Numbered from the stretch's first letter, positions 1 to 10,420 are shown. The stretch: 64,000 nucleotides of DNA from a virus (IMGVR_UViG_3300025735_000004:1-64000); one strand, 5' to 3'. The notes: generated from the letters alone by a model not told the origin. A program made the numbers and translations.

Positions 1-3000
1 ACGGCGCTGGGTGCGGTCGCCGGGGATCAGGCCCTTGTCTTCAAGCCGTGCATCATTCAGCAGGTTGCCGCTGGTAAGCGAGCGTTCCAGCAGGGAGTCG
101 ATTTCGTCGCGGGCTTGGCGCTCACGGTGGAACACCAGCTCCAGATAGGCCGCTTGCTCTTTGTAGGGTGCCAGCGACTTGCGTTTTTCTTCGATCTCGG
201 CTTCCGACAGCTCGGTCAAGGTGCCTTGCTGCTTCAGCTGTTTCTCAAACAGGGCCAGGCGTTCGGCGTTGACCTTGTCGTACTGCTCGATCGTCGAGTC
301 AATCGTCCCGTTTGGCGTCAGGTTGGTGGCGCTGTCCAGCACGCCCTTCAGGCGTGTCGCCTCGCCAGTCTTCTGCCGCTGGCCACGGCCGATTTCGACC
401 TTGGCCGATTCGCGGTCGATTTTCTCCGACTCTTTGGCCTGCTTTTCTTTCAGCGCGTTGATGCGCGCCTCAGCCTCCACCCGGTCCTTGATCAGCGACT
501 TGGTTTTCTCCGGGTCCTTGGTAACGTCGGCCGGCATCGCGTCCTTGGCGTCCTGCAGCTTGCGTTCCTCGATCGCAATTTCAGCTGCCGTCAGCTCGGC
601 CAGTTTGGTTTTGGCCAGGCCAAACTGTTTGTTGGTTTTGGCGTCGTCATAGGCCTCGGCGGCGGCGGTGCGGCGTTTTTCCAACGCCAGCTGCTTCTCG
701 GTTTCCTTGGTGGTCTGTTCAACCAGCTGATCCTGGCGCAACTGGACATCGTTGTACTCTTTGACTTTTGCAGCCGTGAACTGGTAGCGCTGGGTGTTGC
801 CCCGGGCTTCCTCTTCGGGCAGCCCGCCGGCACTGATGTCGCTGTACAGCTGTTGAACGCCGCCGGTCTTCGCGTCCGTGGTCTTTTTCAAGTACTCCTT
901 GAACTTGGGGTTATTGAAGGTCTTGGTGATCGTGTCGCCGTACTTCACGCGATCAGCAGTGTCCTGCAAGACCTTGGTGGCTTGGGAGTCGAGGGTTTCC
1001 TGAATCTTGCCGACCGACAGGGTCAGCAGATTCTTCATCAGCCCGCCTTTGAGCTGATTGGCCGCATCAAACAGGGCGCCCTGAATTTCCTGCAGGTGGC
1101 CTACCGCAGCACCGTCCAGTTCGTGGAAGCGGGCCAGCAGTTCGATCACCGCGGCGCGCATGTCCGCTTCGGCGGTGCTCTTGTTGTCGCTGAGCGAAAT
1201 CGCCTTGATCCGCTGGATGAATTGTTGGGACACCTTCTTGGCGTTGTCATCCAGCGGGTTGACGGCGCCGTTCGCCCGCATCTGATCGGCCAGGGTCTGA
1301 GCAGCCTGCTGAAGAATCCCCAGCTGCATGTCCATGGCTTCCTTGCTGGTACCAGCAAGGATCTTTTGCAACGACTCGGACTGCGCCACGATCTGCTGGA
1401 ACAACTGGGCTTCCAGTTCCTGATCGTTGCTGGGGGCCGCACCGTCCATTTTCTCCAGCGTCTTGCGGGCGTTGACCAGCTTGTTGTTGAGCTGGTCGGT
1501 CATGCCTTTCAGGGTGCCGCTGACCGTGTTGCCCAGTTCTTCAATGGTGTACAGGGCGCGATCGGCCTCACTGCTGGTCATGCCCTGAATGAGCGCGGCC
1601 ATTTGCGGGAACTGGGTTTTCAATACTTCCAGCTGATCGGCACGCTCACTAGGGGCCAGCTTGGTGTAGCTTTTGACCAGCTCCAGCACCTGCTCGTTGG
1701 ACTTGCCCAGGTTGGTACCGAACACATTGCTGATCGCCGCGTTCAGGTCGTCGGCGGTGCGGCTGGCCGTGAGCAGGGATTCGGCCGTGGACCCCACGTT
1801 CTTGCCGAGTTCCGCCAGTTTGATGTCCCAGTTTTTGGCAGCCTGGTCGTACTTCTGGAACTTGTCTTCACTCTCGTTCAGTTTCTGGCCTTGGGCCGTC
1901 GCCTGTGCGTCGGCTTCTTCCTTGGACTGCTCCGGCGGGAAGACGCGACCAATCGTGTTGCGGTAGGCAAACTGCAGGGCCTGGCGTGGGGCGCCGCCCA
2001 GCAGCAGCTCAGCGGCGCCGGGCAGGCCCTTTTCCCCTTGCGCGCGCTTGGCCAGGTCGTACTCATCGAGCTTCTGGATTGCCTTGTCGGCAGAGTCAAA
2101 CACTGCGGCAAAGAACCCGAGAATGCCTTCGCTACGGTTGTAGGCAAAACCGGTGATTGTCGATTTCAGACGGGTAAAGCTGGCGTCCAGGCCCTTGATC
2201 GTGGTGTCCGCGCCTTCTGCGGCGGCGCGGCCAAAGGTGATCTTGGATTCGTTGGCGGCCAGTTCTTCCAAGTTCCCGATCATCGCCTTGATGGCGTTAC
2301 TCGACCGGATGTCGAAGGCCCGCGACAGGGTCGATTCGCCCTCATCGTTGAAGCCCAGACGCTTCAGTTCAGTCAGGGCCGCCTGCAGCGGGGCGCGGCC
2401 TTTGCTGAACGCGAAGAAGCGCGCCTTCACGGCCTCGGCACCCATGTCCTCGCCCATGGCGCGGTAGCGTTCCTGCAGCGCCTTGGTCAGCTTGAGGTCC
2501 GGGCTGAAAATTTCCAGCATGCCGCTACGAAGCCCCGTAGCCGCGGTACTAGCCTTCAAGCCAGCGTTTCGCAGCGTCGAAACGGCGGCCAAGAATTGCT
2601 CTGAAGTCAGGCCGAACGACTTGGCGGTCTGCGCACCGAGGGAGAGGATGGTTTTCAGATCCTCGCCGGTCAGTTTGGAAATGTTGATCGCCTTGGCCAG
2701 CTGGTTGGCGATCACGTCATCCGACAGCTCTTTGAACACCGAGCGGGTGGTGGAAATCAGATCCGCCGCGACCTGCAGGTTGGAACCGGTGGCCGCGGCA
2801 AAGTCCGCGGTGGCTTTCAACGTGGTGTTCATGTCCTCGACCGACACGCCGGCCTGCGCCAGCACCTTGGCGGCCTCGGTCAGTTCGCTGAGCGAGAACT
2901 TGCTGTTCTTCGCGACATCGAGCACGGTCTGCGACAGCTTGGCCATCTGGGTATCGGTGGAACCGGTGACCGCCTGGATGTCCAGGAAGGCGGTCTGCAG

Positions 3001-5256
3001 GTCGATCACATTTTTGGCCAGCGCACCCAGCGCTGCGGATAAGCCGTACAGCGCGGCATAGCCCACGGCGTATTTGAGGAACGAGCGCAGGGTGCTTTGC
3101 AGCAGGTTGAGGCCGGAGGACGGTGGTTTGATGGCCTCGTTTAGGACATCCAGATCCCCGGCGAATTTGCGTGCTGCATTGCCTGCCGCCACGGCTTGCG
3201 TGCTGCTGACACCGTAGAGGTTGCTGAACTCCTTGCCTTTGCCACGCACCTCGCTGAGCCGCGCCTGCACATACTGCCGGGCGCTTTTCGCGTCTTCCTC
3301 ATTGAGGTTGTTCAGGCCGCCCGGAGTCTTGCTGGCGTCCTGATAGATTTTGCGGCCTTCGGGGTAGACCGCACTGCCGACCGCGCTACGGGATGGCCGC
3401 GACACCCGCGTTTTGCTGTTCTGCGCCAGGCGTTCTTGTTGGGCATTCAGCTCGGCGACGGCGCGGGCGTACTTGTCCACCTCGGCGCTGACTTGCTTGT
3501 ACGCATCACTGTCACGCCCCGCCTCTTTGGCGGTGGCTTGTTGTTGCAGTTCCAGCTGGCGCAGCTCGCTCTCGGCGAACTTGGTGGCCTTGCGCACATC
3601 GCCAAGGGTCGACAACTGGCTGTAATCGCCGTTCGCCCGTTCGAACAGTTGCTTGCCTTTGTCGTTGACGGTGCCTCGGGTTCGCCGCTTGTCTTCCGAG
3701 GTCTGAATTTTCTCCTGCAGCCGGTCGATGCTGTTCTGATCTTGCTTGGCGGTGTTGAGTACCTCGATCCGGCCTTTCAGCTTGTCCAGGTAGTCCCCGT
3801 ATTTTTCGGCTTCCCGGCCAGCGCGCTTGGCCTGGTCGCTGCTCGCACCAAAGGCGTTGGCGTAGTTGCGTTGCAGGGTGGCCAGGTCGTTCATTTCGCC
3901 CCGGACAAAGGCCTGCGCCTTGCGGGCGGCGCCGATGTCGGTGAACGCATCGACGTTACCGTCCACACCGCCGGCCTGTTGCAGCGCTTTACGACCTTGG
4001 CGTTCAGCACGACCGCGCAGGGTGCGGTTGAACGAGGCGTTGCTTTCCGCTTTGGCGACGGCGTTGGCTGCGGCTTCATCCTTTTTGCGCAGTTTCTCGA
4101 CCTGGCGCAGTTCCTCGACACGATTTGTCAGGCGGGCGTAAGCCTGCGATACCGCGTCCAGCTCGCGGGCTGTGCGCTGGGCTTCCTTGGATTCCGCGCC
4201 AAACATTTCGCGGGTGAGGCGGTCGATTTGCGTGCGCGCACTCAGCTCTTTTTCGGCAAAGGAGAGGCCGGCGCTGGCGTTTTTCGAAGTCTCGATCGAC
4301 GCCGTGTCACCCCGCGCCGCTGCGTAGAACGCCTTTTGGCCAGTGGGGTTCTTCTGCTGCGCAACGCGAGCGTTGGTGTCGATTACCTGCTGGCGAATCG
4401 CCTGAGAGTCCCGGGTCCGTTTGGTTTGTTTGGCCGTCGCTTCCTGCGCCGCGAGCTGGGTGGCGCGGGTGTCGAGGTCGCTAAACGCCTGTGCCGACAG
4501 GGCCAGCTTGCGCTCAGCACGGCGAGCCTCCGGGGAATCGGCCCCGAACTTGTCTTGTTGCAGGCGCACCGCCCGCTCGCCGGCCGTCAGCGCCGAGGCA
4601 GCAAAGGCACGCCCCTGCTTGGCGCTGGCGGCAGTTTCAATTGCGCCGGTGTTACCGCGGGCGGCGGTGAGGAACACCTTGCGACCTTCCGGGGACTGGA
4701 TCGCCTTGGTCCGGCGCGCACGCTCCAGGGTTTCCGCCGTGCGGGCGCGGGATTCTTCCAAGCGCTGGTCGCGCACGGCGTCGGTCTGCGCCTTGCGCAC
4801 GGCGGTGGCGTTGGCTTTAAAGCTTTTGGTGACGTTGTCGATCAGGGGCGCGATGTTCTTAGACATCGCCCCCAGGTTGGCCATGACCTTTTCCAGCCCG
4901 GTGAGGTGCCGGAACATCGGGATCTCTTGGGCGTTGCCTGCGTTTCGCAGGGTGTTGGCCAGCTTGCCCAGTTGGTCCTGGAAGGTCTTGAGGCGGCCAA
5001 ACGCTTCCGGCAGCCGCGCTTGCTGGCCACGGGTCAGCCTGTCCGGGGAGGTGGCCGCCCGCTCCAGCAGCGTCTTGTCTTTCTTGACCTGGGTGAGCAG
5101 TTTGCCGAGTTCCCTAGCCTGCTCCTTGGCGGGTTTCAGGTCGAACGTCGTCTGCCCAAGCTTAGTCAGAGTCGCTTTGGCGTTGGCCAGGTCCTGGTCG
5201 TCGAGTTTCAGGCCGGCACGGATCAGCGTTCTGATAATGATGTTGTCGCCGGCCAT
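1..5256 (-). CDS. Tail tape measure protein (TP901-type core), runs off the left edge, >1750 aa
   Basis: ATG at 5256 (MAGDNIIIRTLIRAGLKLDD...). Ala/Lys-rich helical frame with a TMP core (AVTGSTDTQMAKLSQTVLDVAKNSKFSLSELTEAAKVLAQAG). Lies after the tail tube and chaperone genes. Absent from the ORF track, consistent with no stop in the window. Confidence 0.92.
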   Translation of the reverse strand, partial: MAGDNIIIRTLIRAGLKLDDQDLANAKATLTKLGQTTFDLKPAKEQARELGKLLTQVKKDKTLLERAATSPDRLTRGQQARLPEAFGRLKTFQDQLGKLANTLRNAGNAQEIPMFRHLTGLEKVMANLGAMSKNIAPLIDNVTKSFKANATAVRKAQTDAVRDQRLEESRARTAETLERARRTKAIQSPEGRKVFLTAARGNTGAIETAASAKQGRAFAASALTAGERAVRLQQDKFGADSPEARRAERKLALSAQAFSDLDTRATQLAAQEATAKQTKRTRDSQAIRQQVIDTNARVAQQKNPTGQKAFYAAARGDTASIETSKNASAGLSFAEKELSARTQIDRLTREMFGAESKEAQRTARELDAVSQAYARLTNRVEELRQVEKLRKKDEAAANAVAKAESNASFNRTLRGRAERQGRKALQQAGGVDGNVDAFTDIGAARKAQAFVRGEMNDLATLQRNYANAFGASSDQAKRAGREAEKYGDYLDKLKGRIEVLNTAKQDQNSIDRLQEKIQTSEDKRRTRGTVNDKGKQLFERANGDYSQLSTLGDVRKATKFAESELRQLELQQQATAKEAGRDSDAYKQVSAEVDKYARAVAELNAQQERLAQNSKTRVSRPSRSAVGSAVYPEGRKIYQDASKTPGGLNNLNEEDAKSARQYVQARLSEVRGKGKEFSNLYGVSSTQAVAAGNAARKFAGDLDVLNEAIKPPSSGLNLLQSTLRSFLKYAVGYAALYGLSAALGALAKNVIDLQTAFLDIQAVTGSTDTQMAKLSQTVLDVAKNSKFSLSELTEAAKVLAQAGVSVEDMNTTLKATADFAAATGSNLQVAADLISTTRSVFKELSDDVIANQLAKAINISKLTGEDLKTILSLGAQTAKSFGLTSEQFLAAVSTLRNAGLKASTAATGLRSGMLEIFSPDLKLTKALQERYRAMGEDMGAEAVKARFFAFSKGRAPLQAALTELKRLGFNDEGESTLSRAFDIRSSNAIKAMIGNLEELAANESKITFGRAAAEGADTTIKGLDASFTRLKSTITGFAYNRSEGILGFFAAVFDSADKAIQKLDEYDLAKRAQGEKGLPGAAELLLGGAPRQALQFAYRNTIGRVFPPEQSKEEADAQATAQGQKLNESEDKFQKYDQAAKNWDIKLAELGKNVGSTAESLLTASRTADDLNAAISNVFGTNLGKSNEQVLELVKSYTKLAPSERADQLEVLKTQFPQMAALIQGMTSSEADRALYTIEELGNTVSGTLKGMTDQLNNKLVNARKTLEKMDGAAPSNDQELEAQLFQQIVAQSESLQKILAGTSKEAMDMQLGILQQAAQTLADQMRANGAVNPLDDNAKKVSQQFIQRIKAISLSDNKSTAEADMRAAVIELLARFHELDGAAVGHLQEIQGALFDAANQLKGGLMKNLLTLSVGKIQETLDSQATKVLQDTADRVKYGDTITKTFNNPKFKEYLKKTTDAKTGGVQQLYSDISAGGLPEEEARGNTQRYQFTAAKVKEYNDVQLRQDQLVEQTTKETEKQLALEKRRTAAAEAYDDAKTNKQFGLAKTKLAELTAAEIAIEERKLQDAKDAMPADVTKDPEKTKSLIKDRVEAEARINALKEKQAKESEKIDRESAKVEIGRGQRQKTGEATRLKGVLDSATNLTPNGTIDSTIEQYDKVNAERLALFEKQLKQQGTLTELSEAEIEEKRKSLAPYKEQAAYLELVFHRERQARDEIDSLLERSLTSGNLLNDARLEDKGLIPGDRTQRR

Positions 5257-5259
5257 ATC

Positions 5260-5790
5260 TTAGAACCCCAGTTTTTTCATGATATCGATCATCGAATCCA
5301 CCGACTGCTTGTCGGTCATGTCGATGTCGTGGACTGATTCGTTCTGGCTGGTCAGCTTCCCGCCCGCGCCGAGTAGACAGGCTTCAAAGCGGGTGCGCAG
5401 GTCTTGCCAAACGTGCGCGGTTTTCAGCTCGATCATGGACTTGACCAGGTCCATGTCGACTTCGCAGTACAGGGTCTGAGCCCGCAGCGGGTCGTAGTCG
5501 GCCAGCCACAGGCAGAGCTGGTCGGTCTTCAGGGAATTCAGCCACGCGGTGTACGCCGAACCGTAGCCATTGCCTTTGGGGCCGGGCTGCGTCGGGGTGG
5601 CGGGGGTTTTGTTTTCTTCCAGCAGGCGCTGCGCCAGGGCCTCGATGTTGGGGCAGGGCAGCTTTGCCTGTTCGGCGGCCAGCTCGATCGCCACCCACAG
5701 AACCAAGTCGGGTTGCTGCTCGATGAGTTCGCCCAAAATCTCTTTGAACAACAGGGTGATCTTCGGCTTGCTGACGCGGAATAACGACAT
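5260..5790 (-). CDS. Probable tail assembly chaperone
   Basis: 176 aa helical protein between tail tube and tape measure genes; positional inference. Confidence 0.6.
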   Translation of the reverse strand: MSLFRVSKPKITLLFKEILGELIEQQPDLVLWVAIELAAEQAKLPCPNIEALAQRLLEENKTPATPTQPGPKGNGYGSAYTAWLNSLKTDQLCLWLADYDPLRAQTLYCEVDMDLVKSMIELKTAHVWQDLRTRFEACLLGAGGKLTSQNESVHDIDMTDKQSVDSMIDIMKKLGF

Positions 5791-5813
5791 CGCACACCTC
5801 CGATCGCTGATGG

Positions 5814-5837
5814 AAAAAGGCCGGGCAGCGCCCGGCC
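5814..5837 (-). terminator. Rho-independent terminator after major tail gene
   Basis: Minus strand GGCCGGG-cgctg-CCCGGCC-TTTTT. Confidence 0.7.
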
Positions 5838-5855
5838 CCTGTTGCGTTCCCGGAC

Positions 5856-6659
5856 TTAGCTACCGCCGAGGGCGAGGAAGCCAGTTGGGTGGGTTGGGAT
5901 AATGTTGGCCAGGTGCGCCAGGTTGGCCCCGACGCCATACTCGGCCGCGGCCGGCTGCAGGCATTTCAGGGTCATCGTGGTGGACGCGAAGTCGCTGGCG
6001 TTGGTGGCGTATTCCAGGTTCCCCGAGATCGAGGCTTTCCAGAAGTTCCACACCAGCGGACGGCCCGAGCTGTTTTCCTTCTGAACGATGGCCGCAGCCA
6101 TGTAGTTCGTTTGGGAAACCGCACCGATCGCCACTTGCTTGGCCACAAACACCGGATCACCTACCGCCAGGTCGAACAGCAGCGGGGTGGAGGCGTCGAG
6201 GGTCAGGGTGTTGGTCGACACCGAAGCCACGCGCAGGATCTGCACGGTTTCCGGGGTGTTGACCTTGTACGACACGATCAGGTCGCTGCCCGAAATGCCG
6301 GTACCGGCAACGAGGGTCAACGTGGTCGCCGCAGCCGAAGCGGCGGTACCCACGGTGGTGGCCACGTCCGCGACAGCGGTGGTCACACCATCACCGATCG
6401 CGATTTTCAGGTTGCGGCGCGAGTATTCGCGCAGCACGGTGGACACTTCGGCGGTTTGACGCACCACCGCGCTGTCCATCAGTTGCTTCGGAAAGCCGCC
6501 TTCCAGGTCGACGGATTCTTGGCCGATGGTGACCGAGCAGCTGTCAACCAAGCCCACGGAGTGGGTCTGGAGCAGCTTCATGGCCGAGGTCATCGGGCCG
6601 ACCCTTAATTCAGCGGTCCCGATCTGAAACTTGTTAGTGACTGGCGAGCCCAAAGACAT
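5856..6659 (-). CDS. Major tail (tube) protein
   Basis: 267 aa, beta-rich and Thr/Ala/Val-rich with an Ig-like insertion; canonical position; no sheath gene seen, so a siphovirus-type tail. Confidence 0.8.
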   Translation of the reverse strand: MSLGSPVTNKFQIGTAELRVGPMTSAMKLLQTHSVGLVDSCSVTIGQESVDLEGGFPKQLMDSAVVRQTAEVSTVLREYSRRNLKIAIGDGVTTAVADVATTVGTAASAAATTLTLVAGTGISGSDLIVSYKVNTPETVQILRVASVSTNTLTLDASTPLLFDLAVGDPVFVAKQVAIGAVSQTNYMAAAIVQKENSSGRPLVWNFWKASISGNLEYATNASDFASTTMTLKCLQPAAAEYGVGANLAHLANIIPTHPTGFLALGGS

Positions 6660-6663
6660 GGCT

Positions 6664-7389
6664 TTATCTCCTACGAAGTAGTTTGGTCATCTGTTCTTGC
6701 ATTGCCTTGCCCAGCCTGATGGCCAGTGGTCGCATGAGCGGCCGTCGAACCTCGGTCTTGAACGCACGGTAAACACCATCCTGCCGATTCGTTCTGCCCA
6801 GTGGTTCCAGCACAGCCCCGCGCCTACCCGCTTCAGCCCCCGCGATCAGCGCTCTACGAAGCGCTTGATCAAGGAAAGCCGGAGACAGTTTTTTGAAAGC
6901 AAGGGGGTGGTCCACTTGGAAATCCCCATTGCTCAGTAATCGGATGCGCGGCTTGGATTTGGTCATCCCCGCCTTACCAGGAACCCAGCCCGCAAAAGAG
7001 TTGCGCAAGGTCCCGGTGTCGAGCCAGAACACCCGGGGACCGATGCTGCGCAACTTGCCTTTGTAGTTGCCCATTGCCCGTTCCCGCTTGTTCTCGCGCC
7101 AGTCAATGCTGAGCGGTTTCCAGTCCACCGCGACCTGCACATGCCGGCCACCAGGCAGGCGCACGCGCAGTCGAGTGCGTGGCTGGTTCGCGCCCTGGAC
7201 CCCGTCGTTCAACACCTTTTGGGTGTCCGCGAGCGCCGCCTGGTAGAAGTTGGTGCCGATCACTTCCAAGTCAGCCTGCTTGCCGTTGGCGCGCTCGGTA
7301 ATCGCGGCCAGAACGCCCTTGTGTTGCAGGACCATGGCGCGCAGCGCGCCCTCATTGATTTCAAAGCTGACGGTGGTGTTGTTAGCCAA
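6664..7389 (-). CDS. Neck/tail completion protein (basic)
   Basis: 241 aa Arg-rich, WLDTGTLRNS motif similar to virion morphogenesis proteins; position. Confidence 0.55.
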   Translation of the reverse strand: MANNTTVSFEINEGALRAMVLQHKGVLAAITERANGKQADLEVIGTNFYQAALADTQKVLNDGVQGANQPRTRLRVRLPGGRHVQVAVDWKPLSIDWRENKRERAMGNYKGKLRSIGPRVFWLDTGTLRNSFAGWVPGKAGMTKSKPRIRLLSNGDFQVDHPLAFKKLSPAFLDQALRRALIAGAEAGRRGAVLEPLGRTNRQDGVYRAFKTEVRRPLMRPLAIRLGKAMQEQMTKLLRRR

Positions 7390-7855
7390 AGTTCACCGCC
7401 TTGCCCCGGATCACCGCGTAGCGGATACCGGATTGGCGATCGAACATCTGCGGCGAAATCTCGTTGGAAATCACCCGCACAAAACCCTTGCTGAATGCGT
7501 CCGCTGGCGAGGCGGTGGACAGGATGTAGTTGAACAGCTGGAACTCCTGGTCCGCCCGGAACACGTCACGGATCTGTGACACCAGGTCGATCAGCGCGTA
7601 GTTGCTTGGGTCGGCCACGGTGCGTGCCCCCACCGAAAATTCAATCTCGTACAGGGGCGCCCGCGGGTCCGGGATGAACGACCCGAACTGCCAGAGCAGC
7701 GCCGGGCCTTGGCCCTTGAACGCGGCATCGGTTTGCAGCATGTCGTCGACTTCGGCCCACAACAGGCCGGGGTACTGCGCCTGCAGGGCGGCACACTTGT
7801 CGGAGACCAGCTTGTCGATCGTCCCTTTGACGATCAGTGGAAAGTCTTCAGCCAC
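7382..7855 (-). CDS. Tail terminator/completion protein
   Basis: 157 aa, GTG start, position in the neck module. Confidence 0.55.
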   Translation of the reverse strand: MAEDFPLIVKGTIDKLVSDKCAALQAQYPGLLWAEVDDMLQTDAAFKGQGPALLWQFGSFIPDPRAPLYEIEFSVGARTVADPSNYALIDLVSQIRDVFRADQEFQLFNYILSTASPADAFSKGFVRVISNEISPQMFDRQSGIRYAVIRGKAVNFG

Positions 7856-8453
7856 GGCGTTGGACCCTCGCGGCTGGGATTTCCAGGGATTGGAAAACCT
7901 CGGTGATGTCGAGCAGTTCGTTGTTGTCCAACCGGCGCACGTACATATCCGTGGTGGCGACGACGTTGCGCGGGAAATACACGGTGTAGATGGTGAAGTC
8001 GGTCAGCGGGAATTCCCGCGAGTCCACCGCCGAGTAGCGCGACAAGTTGACCCAAGTGTCAAACAACACCTCTTCGGCACCGGTCTTGCGCTTGGCCCCG
8101 GACTGCAGGGTCTCAACGACTTCGCGGCACACCCGCACATGGAACGGCGCCTGGTGCAGGGCGAAGGTGGTGCCGTACACGTCCGCGCCCTCGATGTCCT
8201 TGTTAAGGCTTTCGAGCATGTACACGGTCGTGCTGTTGCCGAGGCGGATCACCGAGTAGCTAGCCGGCAAGTCCTGATCCCCGGCAAGGGTCAGGATGCG
8301 TTTGCGCTGGCCGAAATCGCGCTCAGTGATAAACCGGTCGTAGACCTGCAGGCGCCCGCGCAGGCCGGTATCGTCCCAAACGCTGGTCGCAGCGTTCCAC
8401 CCCAGCAAGGGGGTGTGGGCAAAGCGGCCGAGGGCGCGGGAGAGGTCGGCCAT
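7848..8453 (-). CDS. Head closure/head-tail joining protein
   Basis: ATG at 8453 overlaps the upstream stop (MADLSRALGRF..., 201 aa). The longer 284 aa track ORF overlaps the previous gene. Confidence 0.55.
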   Translation of the reverse strand: MADLSRALGRFAHTPLLGWNAATSVWDDTGLRGRLQVYDRFITERDFGQRKRILTLAGDQDLPASYSVIRLGNSTTVYMLESLNKDIEGADVYGTTFALHQAPFHVRVCREVVETLQSGAKRKTGAEEVLFDTWVNLSRYSAVDSREFPLTDFTIYTVYFPRNVVATTDMYVRRLDNNELLDITEVFQSLEIPAARVQRRG

Positions 8454-8932
8454 TACTGGATCACCTCGGTCACAGGGTCGGCACCAGGTGTCGCCACGCT
8501 GACGTAGTTGGTGTACGGCGCCAGGTTTTGCGAACCGTCGACCGCACCCTGCAACTCGCCCTTGTACTTGGCCACCTTCTGCGCCGCCAGTTCCGCCACC
8601 TTGCTCAGGTCGACCTTGAACCGATCGAGCTGGGCCTTGCCGTCCGTGACGATCTGCGGCACGGCGAGCGGGCGGTTGGCGAACTCCAACGCCACGAACC
8701 ACTGCGCGTACAGCTTGAGCCGGTCGGCGATCGCCTTGGCGGCGGTGCTTGGCGTGCCCGTGGTGCCGGCGGTGAACAGTGCGGCGTGCGTCGGCAGCCA
8801 GCCGTCGAGGTCCAGGCTCAGTTCCAGGGCGACCTGCGAATCCACCATGTAGCGATCCGGGCAGTCATCCTGATCCACACCCAAGCACCCACGCACTGCG
8901 TCGGTGTTGGTGTACGAGCCGAGGGCGGTCAT
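8453..8932 (-). CDS. Head-tail adaptor/connector
   Basis: 159 aa helical protein following the capsid genes; position. Confidence 0.6.
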   Translation of the reverse strand: MTALGSYTNTDAVRGCLGVDQDDCPDRYMVDSQVALELSLDLDGWLPTHAALFTAGTTGTPSTAAKAIADRLKLYAQWFVALEFANRPLAVPQIVTDGKAQLDRFKVDLSKVAELAAQKVAKYKGELQGAVDGSQNLAPYTNYVSVATPGADPVTEVIQ

Positions 8933-8941
8933 TAGGCCCCC

Positions 8942-9166
8942 TTACGCTTCGCTGATCAGGTTGGCGGCCATCTGGCCGTGCAGCCAGCTGCCTTCGGCAG
9001 GCGCGGCGTCAATCTTGATCGGGGACACCGGGCCGAAATGGATGTTCGAATCCGGGTCGGTGTAACCAAATGGGGTGGTCGATTTGAGGTACTTCGGCCA
9101 GCCGTCTGCCTTGGCAGGGGCGGCGACCTTGGGTGCTTCTTGCTGTTTTTCAGTGGTACGGGACAT
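8942..9166 (-). CDS. Small virion-associated hypothetical protein
   Basis: 74 aa ORF with RBS immediately after the capsid gene. Confidence 0.55.
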   Translation of the reverse strand: MSRTTEKQQEAPKVAAPAKADGWPKYLKSTTPFGYTDPDSNIHFGPVSPIKIDAAPAEGSWLHGQMAANLISEA

Positions 9167-9190
9167 GGCTCGGCTCCTGCGGTTGGGGTT

Positions 9191-9208
9191 GGGGGCCTTG
9201 CGGCCCCC
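9191..9208 (-). other. GC hairpin with GCAA tetraloop after the capsid stop (stability/attenuation element)
   Basis: Minus strand GGGGGCC-gcaa-GGCCCCC, no U-tract. Confidence 0.4.
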
Positions 9209-9217
9209 TTATTCCAT

Positions 9218-10420
9218 TTACAGCGTGAGTGTCATCACCTTAAAAGCATCTGGGTATAAGGTGTGGGTCAATTCCCCGAAATCTACGCGGAACGCAGTTG
9301 CGCGGCGCAGGACGAACTGCTCGACCGCCGAGTAGGAGGCCGAGATGTTGATCACGCGGCGAAGGGCGAAGCGGGTGTCGATGCCAACGAACGTGTTCGC
9401 GGCGATCACACCGTCATCGACGATCAGCAGGCGAGGATCTGGACCAGTCAGATTCTCGATGGTGACGCCCTGGTTGAAGCCCTCGGCCTGCGGCATGAAC
9501 ACCGTGTCGCGGGTCGGTTTGCCCGAGCGCGCTTCGATGGCCATCGCGGTGTCGAGGTCGCAGATCGCGCCCAAGGTCATCATGTTGCGGCGCTGTTTGT
9601 GCATGTACTTCACCCAGCCTTTGTGGGTGATCGTACCGGCCGCAACAATCGCCGAGTCCAGGGTGTTGGCCTTGAAGGAGGTCTTCGCGGTCTCGCCCCG
9701 GTCAACGTCACCGGAGACGATTGCCGCGATGTCCGCCTGCACCATGCGCACACGTTCGGCGCGAGCCTGTGCGGTCATGGCCAGGTTGACCAAGTCCAAG
9801 GTCGACGCCTGGGCGGCCTGGTCGGAAATCAGCAGACCAATCGACTTGGTTGGGATGCTGTTCGAACGGGCAGCGGTGGTGATGGAGAGCATCACGTCCG
9901 GCTCAGCCAGCTGGGCGATCGGCATCGACGAGTAGCCTTCAGGGCGGCTTACGTCAATGATCGGCTGGTCGAATTTCGGGCCAGTGATGGTCTGGGTTTG
10001 CGCGATGAAGCTCGACCAAGTGCCCAGCAGGTCGTTGTAGTCGTCGCGCAGTTTCGACTCGATGGCGCGCATCAGAATCTCTGGGTACAGCATGCGGCCA
10101 GCCACGGTTGCACGGTCGGAACCGTCACCGCGGGTGATCGAACCCATCTGAATGCCGGTGTCGAACATTTGCTTCATGCTCGGCGGGTGCATGCCCATGC
10201 GGTTGTCGGTCGAGGTGTACATGCCGGAGTGCAGCATGGCCTGTTGCAGCACGTCGCCGTGTTTCACCAGGTCGGTGGCACCTGCGTACAGCTGGTTCAG
10301 GTGTTGCGACAGGGTCAGGCCCGCTTCGGAGGCCTGCGCGTACATGCGCACGTCGAACGGCACCTCAAAGAGGTTACCGTCGTTGCCACGCAATTTCAGC
10401 GTAGTGGTGAGATCGCTCAT
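9218..10420 (-). CDS. Major capsid protein
   Basis: 400 aa from ATG 10420 (MSDLTTTLKLRG), after the protease and decoration genes; size and order typical of HK97-fold capsids. Confidence 0.85.
   Translation of the reverse strand: MSDLTTTLKLRGNDGNLFEVPFDVRMYAQASEAGLTLSQHLNQLYAGATDLVKHGDVLQQAMLHSGMYTSTDNRMGMHPPSMKQMFDTGIQMGSITRGDGSDRATVAGRMLYPEILMRAIESKLRDDYNDLLGTWSSFIAQTQTITGPKFDQPIIDVSRPEGYSSMPIAQLAEPDVMLSITTAARSNSIPTKSIGLLISDQAAQASTLDLVNLAMTAQARAERVRMVQADIAAIVSGDVDRGETAKTSFKANTLDSAIVAAGTITHKGWVKYMHKQRRNMMTLGAICDLDTAMAIEARSGKPTRDTVFMPQAEGFNQGVTIENLTGPDPRLLIVDDGVIAANTFVGIDTRFALRRVINISASYSAVEQFVLRRATAFRVDFGELTHTLYPDAFKVMTLTL

Noticed and set aside
115-5337. Long plus-strand ORFs (829, 713, 280, 192 aa)
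   Set aside because: Antisense shadows of the tape measure gene, an artefact of GC-rich codon bias; Leu/Gly/Phe-rich with no recognisable domains.
5538-5795. Programmed -1 frameshift in the tail chaperone
   Set aside because: No in-frame X XXY YYZ slippery heptamer found near the AAAACCCCC run, and the alternative frame is not protein-like.
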